DNA from: an uncultured Candidatus Saccharibacteria bacterium
GTDB lineage: Bacteria; Patescibacteriota; Minisyncoccia; Phycocordibacterales; DATDWN01
Length of the DNA stretch: 64,000 nt
Direction: 5' to 3'
NCBI GenBank assembly: GCA_964603545.1
Contig: CAZRVD010000001.1
Location: forward strand, 68,358-132,357
The translations under genes and the position numbers were made by a program. Under the pieces are notes generated by a model. That model made no database searches, was not told where the DNA came from, and saw nothing but the letters and a program-made list of their open reading frames with translations. Positions 19,057-28,629 of the stretch are shown piece after piece (the first letter of the stretch is position 1; each line of letters opens with the position of its first letter).

Positions 19057-20174
19057 TAAAATATCTGTTATGGTTTTTTGTTTGTGTGGTTTTGGTTTTA
19101 GGGCTATTACTTTTAAAGACCAATTCGTCATTAAAAAATTCAGAAGTTAAGAGCGAAACATTGGTCGTAGAAAAAAACTTAGTAGCAACTTCAACAGAGA
19201 CTAAAGGCAAGGTGGTAGAAAAATTACCAACTTCTGTTTCTACAAAATGTGAGTTTCCAAGCACAGACTTTGACTGCTACTACAACTATTACACTAAGTT
19301 AGTCAAGGAGAAGGGTCCAAAGGAGGCTTTTATTGATTTGAAAAAGCAGTATGAAACAAGTAGCTATGTTCGTGCACAATGTCATCCATTAACACATGTT
19401 ATTGGTCGAACAACTGCTATGCTCTACCCAAACACTACTGAAGCTTATAAATACGGAGATCCTCTGTGTTGGTCCGGGTTTTATCACGGGGTTATGGAAA
19501 CTATAGTAAATGAAATTGGCATAGAAAAAATTAAAAGTAGTTTAGATAATATTTGCGACGGAATTCCTGGTAAAGAAAAATATAGTTTTGATTATTATAA
19601 TTGTGTCCACGGTTTAGGGCATGGACTAATGGCCATAACAGAAAATGAACTTTTTGACTCTTTAAAATATTGTGACAGTCTAACTGGAGATTGGGAAAGA
19701 AGTTCTTGTTACGGCGGGGTTTTTATGGAAAACGTTATCGTTGATAACTTGAGTCACTTTACAAAATATTTAAAACCATCTGAGCCTCTTTATCCGTGCA
19801 ATGCAGTTGGGGGAGTGTACAAAACCCAATGTTATTTAATGCAGACATCATATATGTTAAAAGTAACAAGTTATGATTTTAATAAAGTTTTTGAACTTTG
19901 TAGAAATGCAGATCTTGGTTTTGAAGCAACTTGTTTTCAAAGTTTAGGAAGAGACGCCTCAGGTCAGAGTTTGTCTAATGCTGATGCCACTTGGGCAAAG
20001 TGCAGTCTTGGTATAGGGTTTGATGAGCAGTCGAACTGCATTGTAGGTGCGGTTAAGGATTTTATTTCTTATTATCATTCGGACAACCAAGCAAATGTTT
20101 TATGCGCAATTGTTTCTCCAGATTTGCAAAAAATTTGTTTAGATACTGCAACTTCCTATTATAAAACTCTATAA
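19035..20174 (+). CDS. Membrane-anchored Cys/His-rich repeat protein of unknown function
   Basis: N-terminal TM; CHPLTHVIG, CWSGFYHG, CVHGLGHG, CYGGVFME motifs. Confidence 0.75.
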   Translation: METKEKIIKYLLWFFVCVVLVLGLLLLKTNSSLKNSEVKSETLVVEKNLVATSTETKGKVVEKLPTSVSTKCEFPSTDFDCYYNYYTKLVKEKGPKEAFIDLKKQYETSSYVRAQCHPLTHVIGRTTAMLYPNTTEAYKYGDPLCWSGFYHGVMETIVNEIGIEKIKSSLDNICDGIPGKEKYSFDYYNCVHGLGHGLMAITENELFDSLKYCDSLTGDWERSSCYGGVFMENVIVDNLSHFTKYLKPSEPLYPCNAVGGVYKTQCYLMQTSYMLKVTSYDFNKVFELCRNADLGFEATCFQSLGRDASGQSLSNADATWAKCSLGIGFDEQSNCIVGAVKDFISYYHSDNQANVLCAIVSPDLQKICLDTATSYYKTL

Positions 20175-20227
20175 TACAGAAAACCCACCTATAGAACAGG
20201 TGGGTCTGTCCCAGTGGTGGGCGTGGT

Positions 20228-20494
20228 CTACAGGCGACCAGTTTGTTGTCTTATCCTTTCCTTTATGCTGGGGTCGAGGTTGACCGTTTGGTAGTCCCTT
20301 GCAGGGTCAATACCTTCAAGTTGTCCTTCGGCGAAACGACGATCGAGTACACCTAGCAAGAAGCACTTAGCTAGGACGATCTTGCCTTCTTTCAGATGGT
20401 TGCTCACCTGAATTTGACCTTTCGGTCCAAGAATACGTACCGCGAGTTCCCAGATATCCATCTCTTCTTTTGTCATAGAGGCCTCCTCAGCCAT
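20228..20494 (-). CDS. GC-rich small hypothetical protein
   Basis: TTGACA...TATAGT promoter at 20503-20530, AAGGA before ATG, hairpin at 20183-20205. Confidence 0.55.
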   Translation of the reverse strand: MAEEASMTKEEMDIWELAVRILGPKGQIQVSNHLKEGKIVLAKCFLLGVLDRRFAEGQLEGIDPARDYQTVNLDPSIKERIRQQTGRL

Positions 20495-20583
20495 CCATCC
20501 TTACTATATCTAATTTGCAAAATTTGTCAATTATAATATTTTTGATATTTTAGTTAAAGGGTTAGTACTGGTACAATGTTCCA

Positions 20584-22281
20584 ATGCTTCAATCACAAGC
20601 TCTAGATATTTTAAAAATGGGCAAGAACGTTTTCATCACTGGTCCTGCTGGAAGTGGTAAAACTCATGTTATAAACACATATGTAAAATATTTAAAGGAG
20701 CACGCGGTAGACGTAGCAGTTACAGCATCTACTGGTATCGCAGCTACACACATTGGCGGGATGACCATTCACTCATGGTCAGGACTTGGAATACGCGACA
20801 CTCTGACTGACTATGACATTGAAGATATGATAGAGAGACAGTATTTGTACAAAAGATTCGATAGAACAAAAGTTTTAATAATAGACGAGGTTTCAATGCT
20901 CCATAACTACAGACTAGATCTTATCGATTGGATTTGTCGGCAGATGAAACACAACGAAAAACCTTTTGGTGGGATGCAAATTATTTTATGCGGAGATTTT
21001 TTCCAGCTTCCCCCAGTTACGAGAGCAGGGAATTATAGAACATTTTCAGATGTTCCTTTTGGCGACACGGTTGAAACAGAGTTTGCTTATAAGTCACAAA
21101 GTTTTCTAGCCTCCAAATTTACTGTGTGTTACTTATCCGAACAGCACAGACAAAAAGACAATACTTATCTTTCTATTCTCAATCAAATCCGCGAAAACAA
21201 AGTATCTAGTAAAACAATTGAACTTTTAAAATCACGTTTGAATATTGGCACGGACGAATCTGGTGAATCTACTCGGCTTTATACTCACAACATAGATGTG
21301 GATGTGGTAAACAAAAAACATTTGGATTTAATCAATTCAAATTCTAAAAAGTATTATATGACAAGTAAAGGTTCAAGTGGACTTTCTGAGACTTTGAAAA
21401 AAAGTTGTCTGTCTCCAGAAGAATTGGAACTAAAAGTTGGTGCAAAAGTTATGTTCACTAAAAATCATCCAGAAGGTTTGTATGTTAACGGGACACTGGG
21501 TGTAGTAAAGGAGTTTAATTCGTTTGGCGAGCCGGTGGTGGTTACAAACAGCGGGATGGAAATTTCTGTAAGTCCACAGTCATGGAAAATAGAAGAAGAA
21601 GGAAAAATAAAAGCAGAAATAAGTCAGCTCCCACTACGTTTGGCGTGGGCTATAACAGTTCACAAAAGTCAGGGTATGTCTCTTGATTCCATGGAGGTGG
21701 ATCTTTCAAAATCTTTTGTAAAGGGTATGGGGTATGTTGCTCTTTCTCGGGTTCGTTCGTTGGAAGGCATGAAGCTTTTGGGTTTCAACGACATGTCGCT
21801 TTTAGTTGACCCAGAAGTTTTGGAAATGGATAAAAAGTTTCGTGAACTTTCAGTAGATGCTGTAAATGATTTAAAAGAACTCTCACGAGAGCAAATTTTA
21901 GAAGCACAAAAGGCATGGATTAAGAAAATAGAACCAGAAGAAAAAGTGAGAATCAAGAAAAGGGAGAAGGAATTAAAAAAAAGTACTCACGAAATAACTT
22001 TGGAAATGCTAGGGAGCCAAATCCCACTCAAAGATATTGCCAAAGCTCGTGGTGTAAAAGAAGAAACTATAGTATCTCACATAGAAGATCTGAAAAAGGA
22101 AAATAAATATCCTGATGTAGAGTATTTAAAGAGGGAACTAAAACGAAGTGAACTAGATGATATTTTGGATGCTTTTGATGTTTGTAATACCACAACTCTT
22201 TCTCCAGTTTACAACTATTTAATGAAGAAAAAAAAGAAACCGAATTACCTTAAAATTCGACTAGCTAGACTGTTTTTGTGA
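20584..22281 (+). CDS. Pif1/RecD-like SF1B helicase with C-terminal HTH
   Basis: GPAGSGKT, IIDEVSM, GDFFQLPPV, QLPLRLAWAITVHKSQGMSL, YVALSR. Confidence 0.9.
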   Translation: MLQSQALDILKMGKNVFITGPAGSGKTHVINTYVKYLKEHAVDVAVTASTGIAATHIGGMTIHSWSGLGIRDTLTDYDIEDMIERQYLYKRFDRTKVLIIDEVSMLHNYRLDLIDWICRQMKHNEKPFGGMQIILCGDFFQLPPVTRAGNYRTFSDVPFGDTVETEFAYKSQSFLASKFTVCYLSEQHRQKDNTYLSILNQIRENKVSSKTIELLKSRLNIGTDESGESTRLYTHNIDVDVVNKKHLDLINSNSKKYYMTSKGSSGLSETLKKSCLSPEELELKVGAKVMFTKNHPEGLYVNGTLGVVKEFNSFGEPVVVTNSGMEISVSPQSWKIEEEGKIKAEISQLPLRLAWAITVHKSQGMSLDSMEVDLSKSFVKGMGYVALSRVRSLEGMKLLGFNDMSLLVDPEVLEMDKKFRELSVDAVNDLKELSREQILEAQKAWIKKIEPEEKVRIKKREKELKKSTHEITLEMLGSQIPLKDIAKARGVKEETIVSHIEDLKKENKYPDVEYLKRELKRSELDDILDAFDVCNTTTLSPVYNYLMKKKKKPNYLKIRLARLFL

Positions 22282-22293
22282 TAAAATTAAGCA

Positions 22294-23250
22294 GTGAAGA
22301 AAACCTATTTTTTATTTCTTGTACCACTTTTACTTTTTACTCTTGCTGAAGCCCCAACCTTTTTTCTTGGACCTAGTGTTAAAATTTTGAATTTCGGAGA
22401 CGTAATGTTTGATAGGGGTGTAAGAAATATAATTGAAAATAGAGGAAGAGATCCATTTGAATATATTAAAAAAGATTTGAGTTTACTTAAAGGCTTTGAT
22501 GTTTTTATCGTGAACCTTGAAGGTCCGCTAGTAGAAATGGATAGAAGTGAGTGCCAGCAGAAGGCGTATAATTTTCAATTTGCACCCGACACAGCGGAGA
22601 GATTAAAAAGCATTGGCGTAAATATAGTTAACATTGCAAACAATCATAGCTATGATTGTTTTGAGGGGGGTCTTGAAAGTACAAAAAAATATTTAAGTCT
22701 TTCTAAGATAGATTATATTGGAGACCAGAACCTAGAGAAAAGTTACCATATCAAAGAAATATCAGGCAAAAAAGTGGCTTTCGTTGGTATGGATGAAACC
22801 GTGCAAATAATTCCTCTTTCAAGTTTTTATCCACTCGTGAAAAAAATAAAAGCTGAAAATGATTTGGTGGTTGTAAATATTCACTGGGGTACAGAGTATG
22901 AACTTACAAACAATTCAAACCAACAAGCTATTGCTCACAGACTAATAGATAGTGGTGCAGATGTTGTTTTCGGTCACCACCCCCACGTTGTACAAAATAT
23001 GGAAATATACAAAGGCAAAGCAATATTTTACTCACTCGGGAATTTTGTCTTTGACCAAAAATTTGGAGACACCACAGTTGGGTTAGGAGTTGGAGTTGAA
23101 TTTGAAGAAGATAAAACCACTTTTGAACTTTTCCCGTTTAATATAAAAATTTTCGCACCAGATATGATGAAGGGGGAAGAAAGAGAAAAGTTTTGTAATG
23201 AATATTTAGAAAAATTCAATCATAATGATTGTGAATTTACTGTGATATAA
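22294..23250 (+). CDS. CapA family (PGA_cap) metallophosphoesterase
   Basis: GDVMFDR, NLEGP, ANNHSYD, IHWGTE, GHHPHV, YSLGNFVFDQ. Confidence 0.9.
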   Translation: MKKTYFLFLVPLLLFTLAEAPTFFLGPSVKILNFGDVMFDRGVRNIIENRGRDPFEYIKKDLSLLKGFDVFIVNLEGPLVEMDRSECQQKAYNFQFAPDTAERLKSIGVNIVNIANNHSYDCFEGGLESTKKYLSLSKIDYIGDQNLEKSYHIKEISGKKVAFVGMDETVQIIPLSSFYPLVKKIKAENDLVVVNIHWGTEYELTNNSNQQAIAHRLIDSGADVVFGHHPHVVQNMEIYKGKAIFYSLGNFVFDQKFGDTTVGLGVGVEFEEDKTTFELFPFNIKIFAPDMMKGEEREKFCNEYLEKFNHNDCEFTVI

Positions 23251-23257
23251 TTTGCAT

Positions 23258-23386
23258 ATGCAAAAAAACAAAACAAAAAATTTTGATACTAGAATCAAGG
23301 TGAAGTCCAAAAAAAGTGGAAAGAGTATGAGTGTAAAGGCAAAAGTAAAAGGCAAGGCTCCTAGACCAAGTCGTACAAACAGCTAA
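23258..23386 (+). CDS. Small Lys-rich protein (42 aa; below the ORF-track cutoff)
   Basis: MQKNKTKNFDTRIKVKSKKSGKSMSVKAKVKGKAPRPSRTNS*; TGaTATAAT 6 nt before ATG. Confidence 0.5.
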   Translation: MQKNKTKNFDTRIKVKSKKSGKSMSVKAKVKGKAPRPSRTNS

Positions 23387-23447
23387 CTAAATTATTGTTT
23401 GACGTATATTCTTGTTTGTTGTTATATAAACCTGGGGAGTGTGATAC

Positions 23448-23738
23448 ATGCCAGATATTCCAAAAGCAGTCATTAGTCCTTTCTGGACTAAAGTGGAGAG
23501 AGACAGGGTGATAGTCAGGGTTCGGCTCGAGTTCAAGTATCTCGAGAGTGTAGTGGCCGGTCTTGCATCCTCTCGAGAGATAGATACCGACGCCTACCAG
23601 TATGCATGTAGTCGCAGGTGGTGGCTGGCAATTCTTCAGGAACTGCTGAACCATTATTCCGCTGAATTTCTGGAGAGACACCGAATCCTGTTCCATGAGT
23701 ACGTAGATGACTCTCGTTCAAACGCCTCGACACACTAA
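23448..23738 (+). CDS. GC-rich hypothetical protein
   Basis: TTGACG promoter, GGGGAGT SD, GC hairpin over the stop. Confidence 0.55.
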   Translation: MPDIPKAVISPFWTKVERDRVIVRVRLEFKYLESVVAGLASSREIDTDAYQYACSRRWWLAILQELLNHYSAEFLERHRILFHEYVDDSRSNASTH

Positions 23739-23831
23739 GTGTCGGGGCGTCGTTGTATATGAAAATAAAAAATCCTCATGCTATAATTATTATTATAGAA
23801 ATTATAAATTTTAATAAACTAATTGATAAAT

Positions 23832-24182
23832 ATGGTAGAAAATAAAAATGTGTGTGAGGTTTGTGGTTCTGGAGATGGAAGGTGTGGCCAATGCGGAAAT
23901 ATGTGTGGCTACAGAGGAAATCATCTTCTAAGATGGATACTTGGAATTATTATTATAACTTGGGTGTTTAGCATTGGAATGAAATTTGGTGAAATGAAAA
24001 CCTATCTAGAGCAATCTGGATATGGCCGAGGCGGTAACGGTTTTTATAAAACAATGCCAATGATGGGAGGAACTTACCCCGTTGGAGGACAGTGGAGTGG
24101 TGAAGATGTTATTTATTCAACATCAGCTACACCAGCAACTATGATGGGCACAGGGGCAGTCAGGGTAATAAAGTCTAACTAA
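23832..24182 (+). CDS. Membrane protein with N-terminal Cys cluster
   Basis: CEVCG...CGQCGNMC followed by one TM helix. Confidence 0.6.
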   Translation: MVENKNVCEVCGSGDGRCGQCGNMCGYRGNHLLRWILGIIIITWVFSIGMKFGEMKTYLEQSGYGRGGNGFYKTMPMMGGTYPVGGQWSGEDVIYSTSATPATMMGTGAVRVIKSN

Positions 24183-24304
24183 AAAACAAGTAGAAAGTAT
24201 AGTCAATGCTTTTTGTTGTAAGGAGGAGTCCGTATTATCGTCTCAAATGGCAGTACGGACTTTTCTGTACACATTAGTCTTAATTCTTCAATTTATACAA
24301 AACA

Positions 24305-25603
24305 ATGAAAACAAAAACATTAGTATTCTCTAATATTTCTATGTCAGTCATTTTGGCTGCTCTGGTGGTTGTGGTTTATGCATTTACAGCTTCATCTGCT
24401 TTTGCAGCAACAATACCTACAGTTGAAACGACAATCAGAAACACAAGTAACACGAACGTAACAACTGCTCCTATCGGAACAGTGGTTCATGCAAACACTT
24501 CAGTTTCTTCTTCAACAGGGCCTACAGTACTTGGTACTGTTGATTTTAGTTTATATCCAAACACAACTTGTTCTGGGATAGCTTCGGTGCAAGCCGGAGT
24601 GTTACTAGCTACAGGAGTAGCAGATTCTTCTACTACAACAGTTGGAAGTAGTGGACTTTCTTACAAAGTTACATTTAACGGACAAAGTGATGTTTACGCA
24701 ACTACCACAGGACCTTGTGTATCACTTAGTCCAACTTCTTCTAACGTTAGTGTGAATTCAACACTTTCAAGTACAACAGTTGTACAAGGAACAAACGTGT
24801 ATCAAAATTCTACTCTCTCTGGAGTAACAGCTAATGCTACAGGAACAGTAGCTTATGGAATTTACACAAACAACGCATGTACTCTTGGAAAAATAGATGC
24901 AGGTAGCAAAACAGTTGCAAACGCAGTTGTGCCACAGTCAAACTCTGTTCAAATGAACACAGTTGGAACTCTTTATTTCCAAGCACAGTATTCTGGTGAC
25001 CAATTTAATACTGGAGCAAATGGCCCATGTCAGGCATTCTCTGTAATTTCTGGTTCTACTACACCTCCTCCACCAGTACCTGTTGGTTCAGGAACTCTTG
25101 CCGGGGTATCTTTTAACGACTTAAATAAAAACAAAACCAAGGATAGCGGTGAAGCGGGGATTGCTGGTTTTACAGTTAGACTTTACGGTGGAACTTTCTG
25201 GTGGAACTGGGGTAGACCTAGAGCGGTTGCCACAACTACAACGGATGTAAACGGAAACTACTCATTTACAGGACTGGCAGATGGTTTATACAGAGTTGAA
25301 GAGACAAAATTAAAAGGTTGGGCACAAATATCTCCCGACTACAAATGGGTTCTACTTCTAAATGGCAAAAGTGTAACAGAACTAAACTTCGCTAACATTT
25401 CTGTTGCAAGTGGAGCAAACGCTACAACAACAAAACCAAGAATTGATGATGATCATAAAAACAGAGGACAAGAAAAGAAACAAGAAAAAATGGAACAGAA
25501 AGAAATAAAGAAGGAAGCTCAAAAACAAAAAAAGATAAACAAACTTTTCGACAGAATAAATAAACTTAGAGGAAACGGAAACGATAACGATAGAGATGAC
25601 TAA
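24305..25603 (+). CDS. Secreted Ser/Thr-rich protein with SdrD-B/Cna-B-like domain
   Basis: Signal peptide; GVSFNDLNKNKTKDSGEAGIAG...TTTDVNGNYSFTGL...YRVEE; charged C-terminal tail. Confidence 0.75.
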   Translation: MKTKTLVFSNISMSVILAALVVVVYAFTASSAFAATIPTVETTIRNTSNTNVTTAPIGTVVHANTSVSSSTGPTVLGTVDFSLYPNTTCSGIASVQAGVLLATGVADSSTTTVGSSGLSYKVTFNGQSDVYATTTGPCVSLSPTSSNVSVNSTLSSTTVVQGTNVYQNSTLSGVTANATGTVAYGIYTNNACTLGKIDAGSKTVANAVVPQSNSVQMNTVGTLYFQAQYSGDQFNTGANGPCQAFSVISGSTTPPPPVPVGSGTLAGVSFNDLNKNKTKDSGEAGIAGFTVRLYGGTFWWNWGRPRAVATTTTDVNGNYSFTGLADGLYRVEETKLKGWAQISPDYKWVLLLNGKSVTELNFANISVASGANATTTKPRIDDDHKNRGQEKKQEKMEQKEIKKEAQKQKKINKLFDRINKLRGNGNDNDRDD

Positions 25604-25707
25604 AAAATAAGCAAAAACAAAAAAGACCCGACCAGGGTCTTTTTTGTGTAAAAGAAAAATCGGTGGCCCCGTAGTGGGGCCCCGATCGTTGTGCGCGTGG
25701 CGGGGTG

Positions 25708-25911
25708 TTAATCCCGCCGAATCCTGGCAGAGACTTCCCGGGAAGGATCCTCCGAACTCCAGGCCCGGATGGGTGCCTGCCCAGGGAGTCGGCGGCTTGC
25801 CGACACGCTGTCGCGCGACCGTGGGAAGGGCTTCCCGGGATTGTCGCTGGGGAGTGTGACTCCTCGGCAGATTACACCGAAGATGGGACGGTTTCCGTTG
25901 ACGTCAGGCAT
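25708..25911 (-). CDS. GC-rich small ORF (could be non-coding RNA)
   Basis: TTGACA...TGcTAAGAT promoter and AGGAG before ATG 25911; low-information product. Confidence 0.35.
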   Translation of the reverse strand: MPDVNGNRPIFGVICRGVTLPSDNPGKPFPRSRDSVSASRRLPGQAPIRAWSSEDPSREVSARIRRD

Positions 25912-26027
25912 GTGGTGGTCTCCTACTGTGTATCTTAGCACATCTAATCTAAACTGTCAAGTACATTTAAATAACTTAAAAAGGACCTGGCTGGTTACAA
26001 ACCATGCAGGTCCCTCGTGTTTGTAAC

Positions 26028-26036
26028 TTATCCACA
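26028..26036 (+). promoter_or_regulatory. Perfect DnaA box
   Basis: TTATCCACA. Confidence 0.5.
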
Positions 26037-26054
26037 GTTTTATCTGCATATTAA

Positions 26055-26084
26055 TTGACTGGTGAACCATCGTTCACTTATAAT
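26055..26084 (+). promoter_or_regulatory. lexA operon promoter containing a SOS box
   Basis: TTGACT (26055) - GTGAAC-CATC-GTTCAC (26062-26077) - TATAAT (26079). Confidence 0.8.
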
Positions 26085-26125
26085 AAACCTATATAAAACA
26101 AGGGTTAGTAATTTATAAAAACAAA

Positions 26126-26326
26126 ATGACACATCAAAATTTAGAAAGATCATTAAAAAAAGAATTGTATTTATTAAATGATATTATTGACAGGAAAATA
26201 GTAAGAGGGTTACCTTACTCAAAAGAGGCAAAACAACATAAGTTTATTTTGACAAAACTTTCAAATCTTCGTAGGGACAGAATGAACTGGATGCTAAGAC
26301 CATTCTCATCACTTTCTTTAATTTAA
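26126..26326 (+). CDS. Small hypothetical protein, first gene of the lexA operon
   Basis: 66-aa ORF directly downstream of the promoter. Confidence 0.6.
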   Translation: MTHQNLERSLKKELYLLNDIIDRKIVRGLPYSKEAKQHKFILTKLSNLRRDRMNWMLRPFSSLSLI

Positions 26327-26330
26327 AAAT

Positions 26331-26912
26331 ATGAGTGACGAAAAATATTCTACATATAGAGACAAAATACTTTCTTTCTATCGTGCCAACAGACGTATGC
26401 CTGGTTACAAGGAAATAATGTCACTAGTGGGATTCAAATCCAAAAACGCTGTCTACAAACTCATAAACAAACTTGTTGATGACGAAGTTATAGACAAGGA
26501 CAGTAACGGTAAGCTCACTCCTCTTAAAATATTTGGAGAAACTCCACTCCTTGGGCTTGTTGAAGCAGGTATTCCTACTACAGTAGATCAAGACAATACA
26601 GAAACAGTAAACATAGGAGAATATTTGATTGGCAACAACAAAAGGTCAACATACTTGCTAGAAGTAAAGGGGGATTCAATGATAGACGAAGGTATTCGTG
26701 AGGGCGATCTGGTTTTAGTAGAAAGACGGGGTGACCCAAAGGATGGTGACATTGTTATCGCGGAAGTAGATGGTGGTTGGACTATGAAATATTTCAAAAA
26801 GAAGGGAAACACGATTTACTTAAAACCAGCTAATAAAAATTATTCACCTATTTACCCTGAATATGATCTAAAGATTGCAGCGATAGTCAAAGGCGTAATT
26901 AGGAAGTATTAA
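26331..26912 (+). CDS. lexA: LexA repressor
   Basis: N-terminal wHTH (MPGYKEIM...FKSKNAV), Ala-Gly cleavage site VEAG, S24 catalytic GDSM and TMK. Confidence 0.88.
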   Translation: MSDEKYSTYRDKILSFYRANRRMPGYKEIMSLVGFKSKNAVYKLINKLVDDEVIDKDSNGKLTPLKIFGETPLLGLVEAGIPTTVDQDNTETVNIGEYLIGNNKRSTYLLEVKGDSMIDEGIREGDLVLVERRGDPKDGDIVIAEVDGGWTMKYFKKKGNTIYLKPANKNYSPIYPEYDLKIAAIVKGVIRKY

Positions 26913-27202
26913 TGTCTAGAGTTTTTACATTTGATGGGGTAGTTTGGGTATGGCCAGGAGTAGGAGGTTGGCATTTTGTAAATGTACCAGATAAGATTTC
27001 AAAACCTATAAGAAAAAATTTTGGGAAAGGTATGATAAAAATTGGTGCAAAAGTCGGCAAGACTATGTGGAACACATCTCTATTTCCTCACAAAAACTCT
27101 AAAGGTGAATTTGGTTACTTGATATCAATCAAAAAAATTGTAAGAAAGAATGAAAATATATATGAAAATGATAATATTAAGGTAACATTTAACTTAAAAT
27201 AA
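26912..27202 (+). CDS. DUF1905-like protein
   Basis: GGWHFVNVP, WNTSLFP, KKIVRKNE. Confidence 0.7.
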   Translation: MSRVFTFDGVVWVWPGVGGWHFVNVPDKISKPIRKNFGKGMIKIGAKVGKTMWNTSLFPHKNSKGEFGYLISIKKIVRKNENIYENDNIKVTFNLK

Positions 27203-27204
27203 TT

Positions 27205-27474
27205 ATGGAAAGAGACCCAATACAAGAAATAGAAAGGATGATAAGGGGGATTCATGACCAGATGGCAAGTAAAGCAAAACCAGTACTTACGAGATACCCA
27301 CTTATTTTTGCTTTTTTGGTTACATTCGGTTTGGCCTCGATACTTCATGGTTTTGAACTTTTTACGGACAAGATGCCGGTTTTTCGACAGAATCCTCACT
27401 ATCTAGTTATTATTGGAATCGTAGTTCTGCTTATTACTGGGACTTTGTATAAAAAACTTGATAAGGGGGAATAA
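27205..27474 (+). CDS. Small two-TM membrane protein
   Basis: RYPLIFAFLVTFG...LLITGTLYKKL. Confidence 0.65.
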   Translation: MERDPIQEIERMIRGIHDQMASKAKPVLTRYPLIFAFLVTFGLASILHGFELFTDKMPVFRQNPHYLVIIGIVVLLITGTLYKKLDKGE

Positions 27475-27475
27475 A

Positions 27476-27730
27476 ATGAGAATAATTGTTAAGACAAAAC
27501 CAAATGCAAAAGTTGAAAGTGTAGAGAGAGTCACCCAAGCGACACTTCCACTTGATTTGAAAAAGGAAATGGAAGTTTACAGAGTCTCTGTAAAAGAACC
27601 CCCAGTAAATGGTAAGGCCAATACGGCGGTGGTAAAAGCTCTAGCAAAGTATTTTGAAGTTTCTCCGTCACTAGTGACTTTGGTTTCTGGTGGGTCTTCA
27701 AAAAGTAAAGTTTTTGAAATACTAAAATGA
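27476..27730 (+). CDS. DUF167/YggU family protein
   Basis: VKTKPNAK, VKEPPVNGKAN, LVSGGSSKSK. Confidence 0.85.
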   Translation: MRIIVKTKPNAKVESVERVTQATLPLDLKKEMEVYRVSVKEPPVNGKANTAVVKALAKYFEVSPSLVTLVSGGSSKSKVFEILK

Positions 27731-27987
27731 GACCAACATTTAAAGACAAGGTAAGAAATATTGTTAAAAAAATTCCTAAAGGAAAAACTTTAACATACAA
27801 ACAGGTAGCGAGTTTAGCTGGTAGTCCTGGTGCAAGTCGAGCTGTGGGAAGTATTATGAAAAATAATTTTGATCCGCACATTCCCTGTCACCGTGTCATT
27901 CGCTCAGATGGAAGGATGGGGGGATATAATAGAGGCGGGGTAGAAAAAAAGAGGCAAATGTTGAAAAAGGAAGGGGCTTTGAAATAG
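27727..27987 (+). CDS. MGMT/Ogt-family alkyl-DNA repair protein (C-terminal domain only)
   Basis: IPKGKTLTY, SRAVG, PCHRV active site. Confidence 0.88.
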   Translation: MRPTFKDKVRNIVKKIPKGKTLTYKQVASLAGSPGASRAVGSIMKNNFDPHIPCHRVIRSDGRMGGYNRGGVEKKRQMLKKEGALK

Positions 27988-28034
27988 AAATAAAGGGAGT
28001 ATAATTGTTAGTATTATAAATAGTCTCAAATATT

Positions 28035-28580
28035 ATGAACAAACAAGTCATTGGAGTGGTTGTGGTGGTTGCGATTCTAGTTGTCGGTTATTTTACTTAT
28101 ACAAGCATGAGTGGTGTAGGAGGTAGAGATAGCAAATTGATTGGACCTCCAGTAAATCAAGATGAGGTAAACGGAAATACCAATACAACTGGCAAGAAGA
28201 TGTCTTTTGATTCTTTCTTAAGGCAGGGGGGTGCTTACCTCTGTACCGTGAATCAATCTGTAGAGGGTGTAGAAAGTAAAGGCACAGTTTATGTAGATGG
28301 AGCTCGCACTCGAGGTGAGTTTAAAACTAGTGTGCAGGGTATGAGCATAGACAATATTTTTGTTGTAAAGGACGGCTTTTCCTATTCTTGGTCTAGTATG
28401 ATGCCAGGCAAAGGTTACAAAGTAGCTGTTAGTGGAACCGGTGGATCCGGCGGGACTACATCAGGTCAGTATAGTTTTAATGCAGAACAGATAGGAGATT
28501 ATAACTGTGAGGCATGGAGCGTTGATAGTTCAAAGTTTGCATTACCAAGTGGAGTAGTGTTTACAGAAATTAAAAATTAA
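28035..28580 (+). CDS. Membrane-anchored hypothetical protein
   Basis: N-terminal TM, beta-rich domain with a Cys pair. Confidence 0.7.
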   Translation: MNKQVIGVVVVVAILVVGYFTYTSMSGVGGRDSKLIGPPVNQDEVNGNTNTTGKKMSFDSFLRQGGAYLCTVNQSVEGVESKGTVYVDGARTRGEFKTSVQGMSIDNIFVVKDGFSYSWSSMMPGKGYKVAVSGTGGSGGTTSGQYSFNAEQIGDYNCEAWSVDSSKFALPSGVVFTEIKN

Positions 28581-28590
28581 TAATTAATTA

Positions 28591-28624
28591 CAACCGTGCG
28601 AAGCCCAGAGTGGTCGCATGACCA
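28591..28624 (+). repeat. 34-bp intergenic repeat, copy 1
   Basis: CAACCGTGCGAAGCCCAGAGTGGTCGCATGACCA. Confidence 0.8.
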
Positions 28625-28629
28625 AACTT

